The position numbers and the translations under genes were made by a program. Shown one piece after another: positions 9,906 to 18,722 of a stretch of DNA of 63,451 nt (the first letter of the stretch is position 1; every line of letters begins with the position of its first letter). Under the pieces are notes generated by a model that saw nothing but the letters and a program-made list of their open reading frames with translations, was not told the DNA's origin and ran no database searches. Source of the DNA: Christensenellales bacterium (GTDB taxonomy: Bacteria > Bacillota > Clostridia > Christensenellales > DTU072); assembly GCA_050945855.1 (NCBI GenBank), contig JBMNTS010000006.1, positions 1-63,451 on the forward strand. The letters are read 5' to 3'.

Positions 9906-9933
9906 CAATATATGCCGAAGGGCTTGCGTTGTT
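9906..9933 (-). promoter_or_regulatory. SigE/SigK-type promoter of sigK
   Basis: AC-16 bp-CATATATTG upstream of an AAGGAGG RBS. Confidence 0.55.
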
Positions 9934-9949
9934 TACAAACAGCTTAAAA

Positions 9950-10405
9950 TTATTTGTCCTTTACCAGATTGAGAATCTCCTTCATAAAGGTTTCCAGATC
10001 CTTGAATTCTCTGTGTACGGAGGCAAAACGCACGTAAGACACGTCGTCTATATCTTTAAGCTCCCGCATTACCATTTCCCCGATTTTTTTGCTGCTTACC
10101 TCCTGAACAAGGGAATTGCTTAATTCCTTTTCGATTTTGGAAATGATTTCGTCTACCTGGGACACGCTGACCGGACGTTTTTCTATAGCTTTAAGTATCC
10201 CCGCCTTGATTTTGGAACTGTCGAAGGTCTGGCGGTTTCCGTTGCGCTTAATTACCATAATAGGCGCGATTTCCACCTTTTCGTATGTGGTAAAACGCCT
10301 TTTGCATACCGAGCATTCTCTTCTGCGCCTTATGCTCAGCCCGTCGTCGTTAAGCCTGCTGTCAATTACTTTGCTTTCCGGGCTATGACAATAAATACAT
10401 TTCAT
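9950..10405 (-). CDS. nrdR: Transcriptional repressor NrdR
   Basis: MKCxxC, KVIDSR, IRRRRECxxCxxRFTTYE, ATP cone, VSYVRFASV. Confidence 0.97.
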   Translation of the reverse strand: MKCIYCHSPESKVIDSRLNDDGLSIRRRRECSVCKRRFTTYEKVEIAPIMVIKRNGNRQTFDSSKIKAGILKAIEKRPVSVSQVDEIISKIEKELSNSLVQEVSSKKIGEMVMRELKDIDDVSYVRFASVHREFKDLETFMKEILNLVKDK

Positions 10406-10425
10406 AATATTATTCCTTTATGTAT

Positions 10426-10454
10426 ATTATATAAAATTATTAGATTTTTGTAAA
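10426..10454 (-). promoter_or_regulatory. SigA-type promoter of nrdR
   Basis: TTTACA-17 bp-TATAAT. Confidence 0.7.
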
Positions 10455-10509
10455 GAAAATACTGCCTTTTTGCGCAATTACCCTCATTTTAAGAAAAGAC
10501 CCGTCCGTA

Positions 10510-10800
10510 TCACGGATTGGGCATGGGATACTCCCCCGCTCTGCCGTAATCGGGACCGCAGGTAAGCTCCACCAGAATTACGTCGTCGCCAATCCGCTTT
10601 ATATGCGTCCAAGGAATAAAAATATTGTCCGAACCTGAAAAACACTTAAAAAATCTTCGTTCGCCCGGAACGATTATACCTATAATCCGCCCTGAACAAT
10701 GCAGGGCTAAATCTATGATTCTACCTAGCTTTTTTCCGTCCGCAATATTAACCACCTCTCTGTCCCTTAATTCGCAATAGGTAAAATCAATACCCGTCAT
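10510..10800 (-). CDS. ylmC: YlmC/YmxH family sporulation PRC-barrel protein
   Basis: ELRDREVVNIADGKKLG...IPWxxIKRIGDDVILV. Follows sigG. Confidence 0.9.
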   Translation of the reverse strand: MTGIDFTYCELRDREVVNIADGKKLGRIIDLALHCSGRIIGIIVPGERRFFKCFSGSDNIFIPWTHIKRIGDDVILVELTCGPDYGRAGEYPMPNP

Positions 10801-10815
10801 AGATACCTCTTTTTT

Positions 10816-10844
10816 ATTCTATTCAGGGTATTTTGCTTATATAC
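10816..10844 (-). promoter_or_regulatory. Possible SigE-type promoter of ylmC
   Basis: GTATA-16 bp-AATAGAAT upstream of the GAGG RBS. Imperfect match. Confidence 0.3.
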
Positions 10845-10868
10845 TAATCGGCTTGGTTATCGGTATTT

Positions 10869-11639
10869 CTAAAAGGCGGCTTTAAGGATATTCAGCGCGT
10901 TTTTTTCTATCCTGCTTACCTGCGCCTGCGACATATTCATAACAGAGGAAATTTCCATTTGCGTCTTGCCCAGGTAATACCTTTGCTTTATTATATCCTT
11001 TTCCCGTTCGGGCAGCTTTTCTATTTCTCCCCGTAACACCAAAAAGTTTATTAAATCCTCCGGGGTGCGCTTGTCGCTTATCTGATCCAGCACCATAATG
11101 GAGTCGTCGCTGTCCGAATAGGCGTTGTCGTAAAGCGAAATGGGCTCGGCTATTGCGTCCAGCGCGCTGACCACTTCCGCATAAGGGACATCTATCTCCG
11201 CGGCTATTTCCATAAGTGAGGCTTCCCGCACGTTTTCGCTTTCTATGCGCTCTCTTGCCTTTATCGCCCTGTACGCGATATCTCTTAAATTGCGCCCCAC
11301 CTTCATGGCGGTGCCTTCGCGCAAGTACCGCCTTATTTCCCCTAAAATCATAGGAACGGCGTATGTGGAAAACATAACGTTCATATCAATATTAAAATTA
11401 TCAAGCGCCTTGATTAAACCCAGCATACCCACCTGAAAAAGGTCGTCACCGCATTCCCTGCAATTTGAAAATCTTTGAATAAGACTCAATACCAGTCTCA
11501 TATTTCCCAGCAAAAACTCTTGCCTTAAATCCTCTCTGCCTTCTCTTTTGATTTTAATTAATAATTCTTCTCCCTCTTTCGCGCTCAATTTTGGCAAATA
11601 AGCAGTGTTAATCCCGCTGATAACTACTTTCTTTGACAT
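10869..11639 (-). CDS. sigG: Sporulation sigma factor SigG
   Basis: KVVISGINTAYLPKL N-terminus, GNMRLVLSLIQRF, DDLFQVG, FSTYAVPMILGEIRRYLR, SQAQVSRIEK. Follows sigE. Confidence 0.93.
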   Translation of the reverse strand: MSKKVVISGINTAYLPKLSAKEGEELLIKIKREGREDLRQEFLLGNMRLVLSLIQRFSNCRECGDDLFQVGMLGLIKALDNFNIDMNVMFSTYAVPMILGEIRRYLREGTAMKVGRNLRDIAYRAIKARERIESENVREASLMEIAAEIDVPYAEVVSALDAIAEPISLYDNAYSDSDDSIMVLDQISDKRTPEDLINFLVLRGEIEKLPEREKDIIKQRYYLGKTQMEISSVMNMSQAQVSRIEKNALNILKAAF

Positions 11640-11661
11640 AATTTCTCCTATGTAGCCGAAG

Positions 11662-11690
11662 TAGTATCACCCAGAAATTAAACTTTATAC
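11662..11690 (-). promoter_or_regulatory. SigF-type promoter of sigG
   Basis: GTATA-14 bp-GGTGATACTA (GGnnAnAnTA). Confidence 0.7.
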
Positions 11691-11695
11691 ATAAA

Positions 11696-12406
11696 TTAAT
11701 CTACATTTTCAAATTCTTTTTTTAGCTTGGCCAAAATCTTCTTTTCCAGACGGCTTATGTACGATTGGGATATATTCATCATATCCGCGATTTCCTTTTG
11801 CGTTCGCTCCTTATTGCCGTACAGTCCGTAGCGCATGCCCACTATGCTTTTGTCCCTGTCGTTAAGGCGGAGATATAGCTCCTTTAGCACGTTTTTTTCC
11901 GCCTCCTGCTCCATATCCCTGTAAATCGACTCCGCGTCCGTTCCAAGTACATCGGATAACAATAATTTGTTGCCTTCCCAATCCACGTTTAGCGGCTCGT
12001 CCAGACTGATTTCGCTTTTTAATCTTACCGTTTTTCTTAGGAACATCAATATTTCGTTTTCTATGCACTTTGAGGCGTAAGTAGCCAGTTTGATTTTTTT
12101 ATCGCTGTTATAAGACTTTACCGCCTTAATCAGACCCAGCGTACCTACCGAAATAAGTTCTTCTATGTCCACGCCGGTGTTGGAAAATCTTTTGGCAATA
12201 TACACTACCAGCCTTAGATTGCGCTCCACCAACAGCTTTCTTGCCTCCTCGTCGCCGCCGATTAATGCCACAATCGCCTCCGCTTCCTCTTCCGGGGTAA
12301 GGGGATTTGGCAACGCAACGATGTAATCAATTCTGGACTCTTCCTTTTTTAATTTTTTAATGATACGCGCCGTAAAACTTTTCAGCCATTTAAAAAATCC
12401 GCTCAT
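11696..12406 (-). CDS. sigE: Sporulation sigma factor SigE (pro-form)
   Basis: Basic amphipathic pro-sequence, ERNLRLVVYIA, KKIKLATYASKCIENEILMFLR, DEPLNVDWEGN, ISQSYISRLEK. Confidence 0.95.
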   Translation of the reverse strand: MSGFFKWLKSFTARIIKKLKKEESRIDYIVALPNPLTPEEEAEAIVALIGGDEEARKLLVERNLRLVVYIAKRFSNTGVDIEELISVGTLGLIKAVKSYNSDKKIKLATYASKCIENEILMFLRKTVRLKSEISLDEPLNVDWEGNKLLLSDVLGTDAESIYRDMEQEAEKNVLKELYLRLNDRDKSIVGMRYGLYGNKERTQKEIADMMNISQSYISRLEKKILAKLKKEFENVD

Positions 12407-12407
12407 T

Positions 12408-13172
12408 TTATCCTCCTATCAAATCTACATGCAAAATAACGTCATAATTATTATTGAGTTTTGTGGAAACACCCGCATTAATATTAAATATTCTATTCGC
12501 ATCCTTTTCCATATATATCTTTAACCTTACTTTAATTATTTTAATAAGGTCCTCCCCGCTCAGCGTGGATATGCCCAGCATATCTTCTTCGCCGCCTTTA
12601 AGGAGGTCGTACACCTTATCCGATATTATTATTACGGGCTGATTTTCCTTATCGTAAATACCGTTGCCGCTGTCGTAATACGCCTTTGCGCTGCACCTGC
12701 CGTATTCCGTGGAAAGCTCCACCTGATATTCCAGCAAACGCCGCCGCCTAATCGCATAAATTTCCTTAGTGATAAAATTAATCAAAATGAACGCGGCAAA
12801 AATCCCCGTGGCAATCAGTGCGGGGACAAACTCTATCATTCCCTTGTCCAGATAATCTCCCGACGATAACATTAGCACCGCGCCCGCAAAGCAAAAGGTA
12901 ACCAGATAAAACAGCGCAAGCGAAGTAAGGTACTGCCAAACTGAAGTATATTTTATCAATACACCTACCATAAGAAACGAAAGGGCTATCCTTACAAGTA
13001 AGTCGTACTTTTCTATCAATGGATACAACAGCGCGATTATCGCTCCCAAAACGCTTGCTATGGATAGCCTTAACGGCGATAATTTGATTTTCTGCATTTT
13101 GTAAACCAATAAGCAAATAACCAGATTTACCGCCAGATTGTTGATAAACACATACTCCACATAGACAGTCAA
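12408..13172 (-). CDS. spoIIGA: Pro-SigE processing aspartyl protease SpoIIGA
   Basis: N-terminal multi-TM domain, DSGN catalytic motif, directly upstream of sigE. TTG start at 13172 or 13175 behind GGAGG. Confidence 0.85.
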   Translation of the reverse strand: MTVYVEYVFINNLAVNLVICLLVYKMQKIKLSPLRLSIASVLGAIIALLYPLIEKYDLLVRIALSFLMVGVLIKYTSVWQYLTSLALFYLVTFCFAGAVLMLSSGDYLDKGMIEFVPALIATGIFAAFILINFITKEIYAIRRRRLLEYQVELSTEYGRCSAKAYYDSGNGIYDKENQPVIIISDKVYDLLKGGEEDMLGISTLSGEDLIKIIKVRLKIYMEKDANRIFNINAGVSTKLNNNYDVILHVDLIGG

Positions 13173-13183
13173 CAATTACCTCC

Positions 13184-13210
13184 AAAAAAAAGACAAGCTA
13201 ATGCCTGTCT
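13184..13210 (-). terminator. Intrinsic terminator after ftsZ
   Basis: AGACAGGC-ATTA-GCTTGTCT followed by 7 further T. Confidence 0.65.
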
Positions 13211-13241
13211 CCTCTTTTGTGTATAAAAATGTCACTTTGGC

Positions 13242-14375
13242 TTAATTGGTGCTGATTAATTTCTTAATAAAGGGAGGTATTTCCTTGTCGCTTATTTCTA
13301 TCTTTTCCGATTGGAATAAGGGCTCCTGCGTGTCTTGTTTGATTTTCTCGGGAATTATATCGTAAGTTTCGCTGTTGTCGGTATTAAATCCGGTAGCGAT
13401 TACCGTGATAATAACCTCTGTTTTGCCTTCCAGCGTAGAGTCAAAATCAAAGCCTACTATGATGTTGGCGTCGGGAGAAACCACCTCTTTTACCAAAGAA
13501 AGCGCCTCATTGATTTCATAGGTGCTGAGATTGGGCAAGCCTCGCACAAAAACTATTAAGGAAGTCGCTCCTTCGATATCCGTTTCCAGCAAAGGGCTGG
13601 ATACCGCTTGCTTTAGCGCCTGGCGCATCCTGTTTTCGCCCGCGCCTTCGCCGATACCTATATGCGCCGTGCCGCTGTTCTGAACGATTTTTTTAACGTC
13701 GGCATAGTCCAGATTAATCAGCGATTTGCGGGTAATTATATCCGTTATCCCCTGAATGCCCTGCCTTAACGCTTCGTCCGCGCTCCTGAAAGCGTCCATA
13801 AGCGAAAGCCCGGGCTCGTTAATCATATTCAATTTTTCGTTGGGGATAATTAAGAGCGCGTCCACATAGCGGCGCAATTCCTCAATGCCTAGCAGCGCGT
13901 TTTGCATCCTGACCCTGCCTTCAAAAGTCTCGAACGGCTTGGTAACCACGGCTATCGTAAGGATATTCAGCTCTCGCGCCAGCTTGGCGATAAACGGGGT
14001 TGCGCCCGTGCCCGTGCCGCCGCCCATTCCCGCGGTCAAAAAGAGCAAATCGGTGCCTTCAAGCAACTCTTTTATTTCATTTTCGCTTTCTTTGGCCGCA
14101 TCGTAACCGATTTTAGGGTCGCTGCCCGCGCCAAAACCTCTGGTAAGGTTTTTGCCTATCTGGATTCTGTGTTCCTCATCCGCAAGGGATAAGGAAAGCG
14201 CCTGCGTATCCGTATTGACGGCGTAAAAGTCAACGTTTTGTATTTTTGCCAGCAGCATATTGTTCACAGCGTTGTTGCCAGCTCCGCCTATGCCCAGCAC
14301 CTTAATGTTTACCGCCACCATGCCGCGGCTGTCCGCGCTTGCATAGTTATGCAAGGGTCTATTGTTATTTTCCAA
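13242..14375 (-). CDS. ftsZ: Cell division protein FtsZ
   Basis: GIGGAGNNAV, NTD, AGMGGGTGTG, INLDYADV, C-terminal IPPFIK. TTG start with AGGAGG RBS. Confidence 0.98.
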   Translation of the reverse strand: MENNNRPLHNYASADSRGMVAVNIKVLGIGGAGNNAVNNMLLAKIQNVDFYAVNTDTQALSLSLADEEHRIQIGKNLTRGFGAGSDPKIGYDAAKESENEIKELLEGTDLLFLTAGMGGGTGTGATPFIAKLARELNILTIAVVTKPFETFEGRVRMQNALLGIEELRRYVDALLIIPNEKLNMINEPGLSLMDAFRSADEALRQGIQGITDIITRKSLINLDYADVKKIVQNSGTAHIGIGEGAGENRMRQALKQAVSSPLLETDIEGATSLIVFVRGLPNLSTYEINEALSLVKEVVSPDANIIVGFDFDSTLEGKTEVIITVIATGFNTDNSETYDIIPEKIKQDTQEPLFQSEKIEISDKEIPPFIKKLISTN

Positions 14376-15513
14376 CTCTCTTCCTCCTAAAAAGCGAAAT
14401 AAATTTTGAGCCCGCTGCTTTTGCCTTTTCGGGCAAGGGCGTAAACGAGCCGGCGTATTTTATCAGCGCCTCTTCTTCCGGTCTGTCTGTGAAAAAAGAA
14501 GCGGCAGACATAGCGAAAACAATATCCTTTTTTAACTTCCCGCCTGCTATCTCATCAAGTCCCCTATCCCGGGCAAACCCTCTGCAGACCAAATACACGT
14601 CTTGCGAATCATAGCCGGGCTTTAGCATTGCCTCTAAGCAGCAATCGAAAATCTGCTCAAAGCGTGCGCGCGCTATCGCGTTCACTTTTGCTATATCGTA
14701 CTCGAACTTATCCCCTTTAACATTGATGGAATACTTGTCCGTCGAAGAAGGGTTTATGGCTAGGTCAAGCACGTCGAACAGCGCGGCGGCGTGCAGGTAT
14801 CCGATATTCAGCACCTTAATCAAATCGCATATTACATCGGCGCAACCCAATGAAAAATGCAGGGCGTGCTTGATGCCTTCACCTTGCGCGCAAGCCAAAG
14901 TCGTTTCCGCGTAACCTATAGCTATTATCAAAGCATCCTTTGCTCTTGCTGACTTGGGTATAAATTCTTTGGCTAAGGCGTTGATTATGCCCGTATAGAT
15001 TATGGGTATATCCGGGCAAAGATTCTTCAATACATTAAGCACACTCTCTTTTACGTAAGTAGCGGATACGTCGGCGCAAAGCTCTTTGGTAATCAGCCCC
15101 ACAGGGGCCTCCACCGCCAATCCGTTGGCCTCGTAATACCGCAAAGCCGCTTTCTCTATGCAATGATAATCCTTTACAATGGTCTGAGCGTAATCAGCCA
15201 AAAGGTCGTTTAACTGCTTTTTTGTTATCTGCACCGCTTGAGGCAGGCGCAAGTGCGCCTCTCCCGCGGTATGAGCGCAAAATTCCTGCGGGATACCTAT
15301 TATCAGCCTGTCGCATTCCGCAAGGTTTTCCTTGCTTAGCAATTCGGATAAAGCAAACTTAGAGCCTTCCGAAAAGCCGGCATTATCGTATCCGTCATAG
15401 TTTTGATATTGTTCCTTAATGATATTGATGCCGTTTTGGGATGCTTGCGCCTTAATAAGCCCCAACTTGTCCGGACCTATGTACAGTGCGGCAAAGCAAT
15501 TATTCAGACTCAT
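14365..15513 (-). CDS. ftsA: Highly divergent FtsA-like protein
   Basis: Position before ftsZ, FtsA motif spacing (YIGPDK; PVGL; AIGYAETT; IARARFEQIF) and C-terminal amphipathic helix. Nucleotide-binding motifs are degenerate. ATG 15513 behind GGAG. Confidence 0.72.
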   Translation of the reverse strand: MSLNNCFAALYIGPDKLGLIKAQASQNGINIIKEQYQNYDGYDNAGFSEGSKFALSELLSKENLAECDRLIIGIPQEFCAHTAGEAHLRLPQAVQITKKQLNDLLADYAQTIVKDYHCIEKAALRYYEANGLAVEAPVGLITKELCADVSATYVKESVLNVLKNLCPDIPIIYTGIINALAKEFIPKSARAKDALIIAIGYAETTLACAQGEGIKHALHFSLGCADVICDLIKVLNIGYLHAAALFDVLDLAINPSSTDKYSINVKGDKFEYDIAKVNAIARARFEQIFDCCLEAMLKPGYDSQDVYLVCRGFARDRGLDEIAGGKLKKDIVFAMSAASFFTDRPEEEALIKYAGSFTPLPEKAKAAGSKFISLFRRKRVGK

Positions 15514-15540
15514 TATAAACTCCACATTTTACCTGGAAAA

Positions 15541-15569
15541 ATTATAGCAGAGAAAGGCTTAAAAGTCAA
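15541..15569 (-). promoter_or_regulatory. SigA-type promoter of ftsA-ftsZ
   Basis: TTGACT-17 bp-TATAAT with extended TG. Confidence 0.8.
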
Positions 15570-15628
15570 CTCCAACCTTGCGTCATAAAAGGGATATAAA
15601 ATAAGTTTACAGCGGAAAAAAAGCGAAA

Positions 15629-16336
15629 TTAAAAGAGAGCGGAATATCTTTGCGCAATTTGTGTATCAAGGAATTTTTGGTATTTTTCTTTAACGCCGGC
15701 GCCGATGTTTTCGTTCTCCGCGATATTCACAACAAGGCAAGCCCTGTCGTAATTACGCAAATATATACGCGCCAGATTATCCTCATAAACTATTTCCTCA
15801 ATAAAGGCAACAAGCGCCTCTTCCCTGATTCCCAGTTCTCCGAACGCTTTGCGAATCTCTTTTAGTTTTATGATATTTGAGGTATTAAAAGTATTTTCTA
15901 CAGTAAATCCGCTCACTTTAATAATATTGTCATACTCGTTAAAATCGGCGGAGTATATTTGATTTCTGATAAAATTCTCGTCCGTTACAACTATGCAGGC
16001 GGGGTCACCTTTTACCGGGATAGCAAATACGGGCACACGCTCTTTAACGTATATCAGCACCTTGTTGGGAAAAATGCGCTCTATATCCGTAACGTCCACA
16101 GAGCCGTCCGAATAATACGCCTCCACCTTTTTTGCCGCCGCTTTTTCATCCACGGTAAAAATATTGGCTCTCGGCTTTATGCCGCTTGCCTCAATAATCT
16201 GGTCAGTTTTTGCCTGCAAAGGGGCTTTTTCATAAAATACGTCTATTTTCGCAATAGAAAAAACTTGCCCGAAAGCAAGAATTATTGCAACCAGACACAA
16301 TCCCGATATTATTCCTGCGTATTTTGCTTTTTTCAT
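15629..16336 (-). CDS. ftsQ: FtsQ/DivIB-like POTRA-domain protein
   Basis: N-terminal TM, FSIAKIDV, NIF, ERIFPNKVLIYVKERVP. Upstream of ftsA. Confidence 0.75.
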   Translation of the reverse strand: MKKAKYAGIISGLCLVAIILAFGQVFSIAKIDVFYEKAPLQAKTDQIIEASGIKPRANIFTVDEKAAAKKVEAYYSDGSVDVTDIERIFPNKVLIYVKERVPVFAIPVKGDPACIVVTDENFIRNQIYSADFNEYDNIIKVSGFTVENTFNTSNIIKLKEIRKAFGELGIREEALVAFIEEIVYEDNLARIYLRNYDRACLVVNIAENENIGAGVKEKYQKFLDTQIAQRYSALF

Positions 16337-16346
16337 CCCGTGTTTT

Positions 16347-17603
16347 TTATTGCCTCTCCCTGACTATATCCGCTCCCAAATTACTTAATTGCTCTTCCAG
16401 CGCCTCATATCCTCTGTCAATATGGTTTATATTATGAACGGTGGTAACTCCTTCCGCTCTCAGTCCCGCAAGCACCAGACTCGCCCCGCCTCTCAAATCC
16501 TCCGCTGTCACGCTTGCGCCTGTGAGATACGGCACTCCCTTTACGAAGGCGTTTCTGCCGCTGACCTGAATCTTTGCTCCCATCTTTATGAGTTCGGGCA
16601 CGTGCTTAAACCTGGTCTCGAATATATTTTCGGTAATAATGCTCGTACCGTAAGACACAGCCTGCATTGCCATAATAGGCGCCTGAAGATCGGTGGGGAA
16701 TCCCGGATACGGCTGTGTTTCGATATTTTCTATGGAAAACAGCCTTCCCCTTGATTCCAATTCTATTTTATCATTATATACTGCGATTTTGCAAGAGCTT
16801 TGCTGCAACTTGGATATTAGCGCCTGAAGATGCTTGCTGCGGCAATTATGCACCGCTATACTTCCGCCGCACATCGCCGCACCAATAAGCATTGTACCCG
16901 CCACTATCCTGTCCGGCATTGTGGTGTGCTCTATTCCCTTCAACTTTGTTACGCCTTCAATGGTAATCGTACTGGTGCCCGCCCCCTTTATCTTCGCACC
17001 CATTTTATTCAAAAAAAGCTGAAGTTCGCAAATTTCTGGCTCTCGCGCCGCATTATTTATTACCGTTACCCCTTCCGCGGTAACCGCGGCCATCATAATA
17101 TTTTCCGTCGCGCCCACGCTGGGATAATCAAGCACTACGTTGCCCCCTCTGATTTTGGCGGCATCGCAATAGATATAACCGTTTTGCTCTTTGATATCCA
17201 CATTCAGAGCTTCCAGCCCTTTAAGATGTATATTGATAGGCCTAAGCCCTATGTCGCAACCTCCCGGATAAGCTATTTTCGCGTTCTTATGCCTTCCGAG
17301 AATAGAGCCCAGCAAAAAAATGCTGCTCCTTAATTCTTTTGCAAGGTTACCGGGTATTTCGTTTTTTTCAGCGAATAAAGGATCTATTTCAATAAGCTTG
17401 CCGTCTCTGGCAATTTCCGCTCCCAAAGATTGCAGGATATTGGCCATATTGTCTACGTCCGCCAAAGCGGGGCAATTATCAATTATTACCTTTTCTTTTG
17501 TAAGAATCGACGCGGCAAAAAGAGGCAGAACAGCATTTTTGGCGCCTTGAATAAATGCATCGCCGTAGAGTCGTCTACCGCCTCTAATTAAGTATTTGTC
17601 CAT
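16347..17603 (-). CDS. murA: UDP-N-acetylglucosamine 1-carboxyvinyltransferase
   Basis: GAKNAVLP, PGGCDIGLRP, SVGATEN, YPGFPTDLQ, EDLRGGA, HIDRGYE. Confidence 0.97.
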   Translation of the reverse strand: MDKYLIRGGRRLYGDAFIQGAKNAVLPLFAASILTKEKVIIDNCPALADVDNMANILQSLGAEIARDGKLIEIDPLFAEKNEIPGNLAKELRSSIFLLGSILGRHKNAKIAYPGGCDIGLRPINIHLKGLEALNVDIKEQNGYIYCDAAKIRGGNVVLDYPSVGATENIMMAAVTAEGVTVINNAAREPEICELQLFLNKMGAKIKGAGTSTITIEGVTKLKGIEHTTMPDRIVAGTMLIGAAMCGGSIAVHNCRSKHLQALISKLQQSSCKIAVYNDKIELESRGRLFSIENIETQPYPGFPTDLQAPIMAMQAVSYGTSIITENIFETRFKHVPELIKMGAKIQVSGRNAFVKGVPYLTGASVTAEDLRGGASLVLAGLRAEGVTTVHNINHIDRGYEALEEQLSNLGADIVRERQ

Positions 17604-17630
17604 GTATCTCCTTACGATTTATATAGTATA

Positions 17631-18722
17631 TTATGGCAGGGGCATTTTTTTTGTTACTTTGCCGGCTAGGTTGCAGATTACGCCTGACATAAACATAAAA
17701 ATCATAAGAGAGCTACCTCCCGCGGAAACGTAAGGCAGGGGTACTCCCGTGGGAGGCACGCTGCCGGTAACCACCGCAAGGTTCAGCACCGTTTGAATGG
17801 CTATAACTATGGTAATGCCTGCCGCAAGCAAAGTATGGTAACGGTCTTTGCCGCGCAGGGCGGTTATAATGCCGCCGAAAATGAGAGTGCCGAAAACCGC
17901 CATAATACTCAATGCGCCGAACAATCCGAGCTCTTCCCCGATTACGGCAAAAATAAAATCGCTTTCCGCGAAGGGTAAAAACAGATACTTTTGCCTGCTG
18001 TTAAACAGCCCTACTCCAAACAGCCTTCCCGCCCCTAAGGCATAATATGATTGAATTAGCTGATACCCTTCGTCTTTGGGCGTCGCCCACGGGTCGGCAA
18101 AAGCAAGCAGGCGGCGTATCCTGTACGGCTCCGCTATGATTAATACGGGCAAGCCTACACATATCGCCGCGGCAATGGCGGAAAAGTATTTATTGTTTAA
18201 ACCGCCTATAAACATTATGGCAATAGCGGACAGCACAATGCAGATGGTAATGGACATATTAGGCTCCAAGAAAACCGCAAGCGCTACCAGTATCGTGCTC
18301 AACAAAGGCACAATCAGGCTTTTTAGGTTTACCGGCGGATGCTCATCCATATACCCCGCAAGGAAAATCATTAAGCCGAATTTGGAAAATTCCGATGGCT
18401 GAAAGCTGATAAAGCCTAAATCTATCCAGCGGCGCGCGCCGTAGCTCTCTCTGCCCAAAAAAGGTATATAAACCAGCAATAATAACAAAATTGAAGCTAA
18501 AAGAATATAATACTTATATTTTTTAAGGTAATTTAGATTTATTTTTGTCCCAAAAAACAGCATTGCGCAGCCAGCGAAAAACGCCAACGCCTGTTTTTTT
18601 ACGTAGAAATATGCATCGCCGTGATTGATTGCCGCGCTGTATGAGGAAGCGGAATATATTATTACAATCCCGAACAGCGATAGGGCAAGCGTGGGCAGCA
18701 GTATGCTATACTTCAATTTCAT
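17631..18722 (-). CDS. spoVE: SEDS peptidoglycan glycosyltransferase SpoVE/FtsW
   Basis: YSAS, GARRWI, QPSEFSK, GYQLIQS, LPFAESDFIF, PPTGVPLPYVSAGGSS. Confidence 0.9.
   Translation of the reverse strand: MKLKYSILLPTLALSLFGIVIIYSASSYSAAINHGDAYFYVKKQALAFFAGCAMLFFGTKINLNYLKKYKYYILLASILLLLLVYIPFLGRESYGARRWIDLGFISFQPSEFSKFGLMIFLAGYMDEHPPVNLKSLIVPLLSTILVALAVFLEPNMSITICIVLSAIAIMFIGGLNNKYFSAIAAAICVGLPVLIIAEPYRIRRLLAFADPWATPKDEGYQLIQSYYALGAGRLFGVGLFNSRQKYLFLPFAESDFIFAVIGEELGLFGALSIMAVFGTLIFGGIITALRGKDRYHTLLAAGITIVIAIQTVLNLAVVTGSVPPTGVPLPYVSAGGSSLMIFMFMSGVICNLAGKVTKKMPLP

Noticed and set aside
9901-9917. ACAATATAT resembling an NrdR box
   Set aside because: Only a partial single box, better explained as the -10 of the sigK promoter on the other strand.
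15579-15585. Near-Spo0A boxes (TGACGCA upstream of ftsA; TGTCGTA at 34320-34326)
   Set aside because: Single 6/7 matches are expected by chance and lack supporting context.
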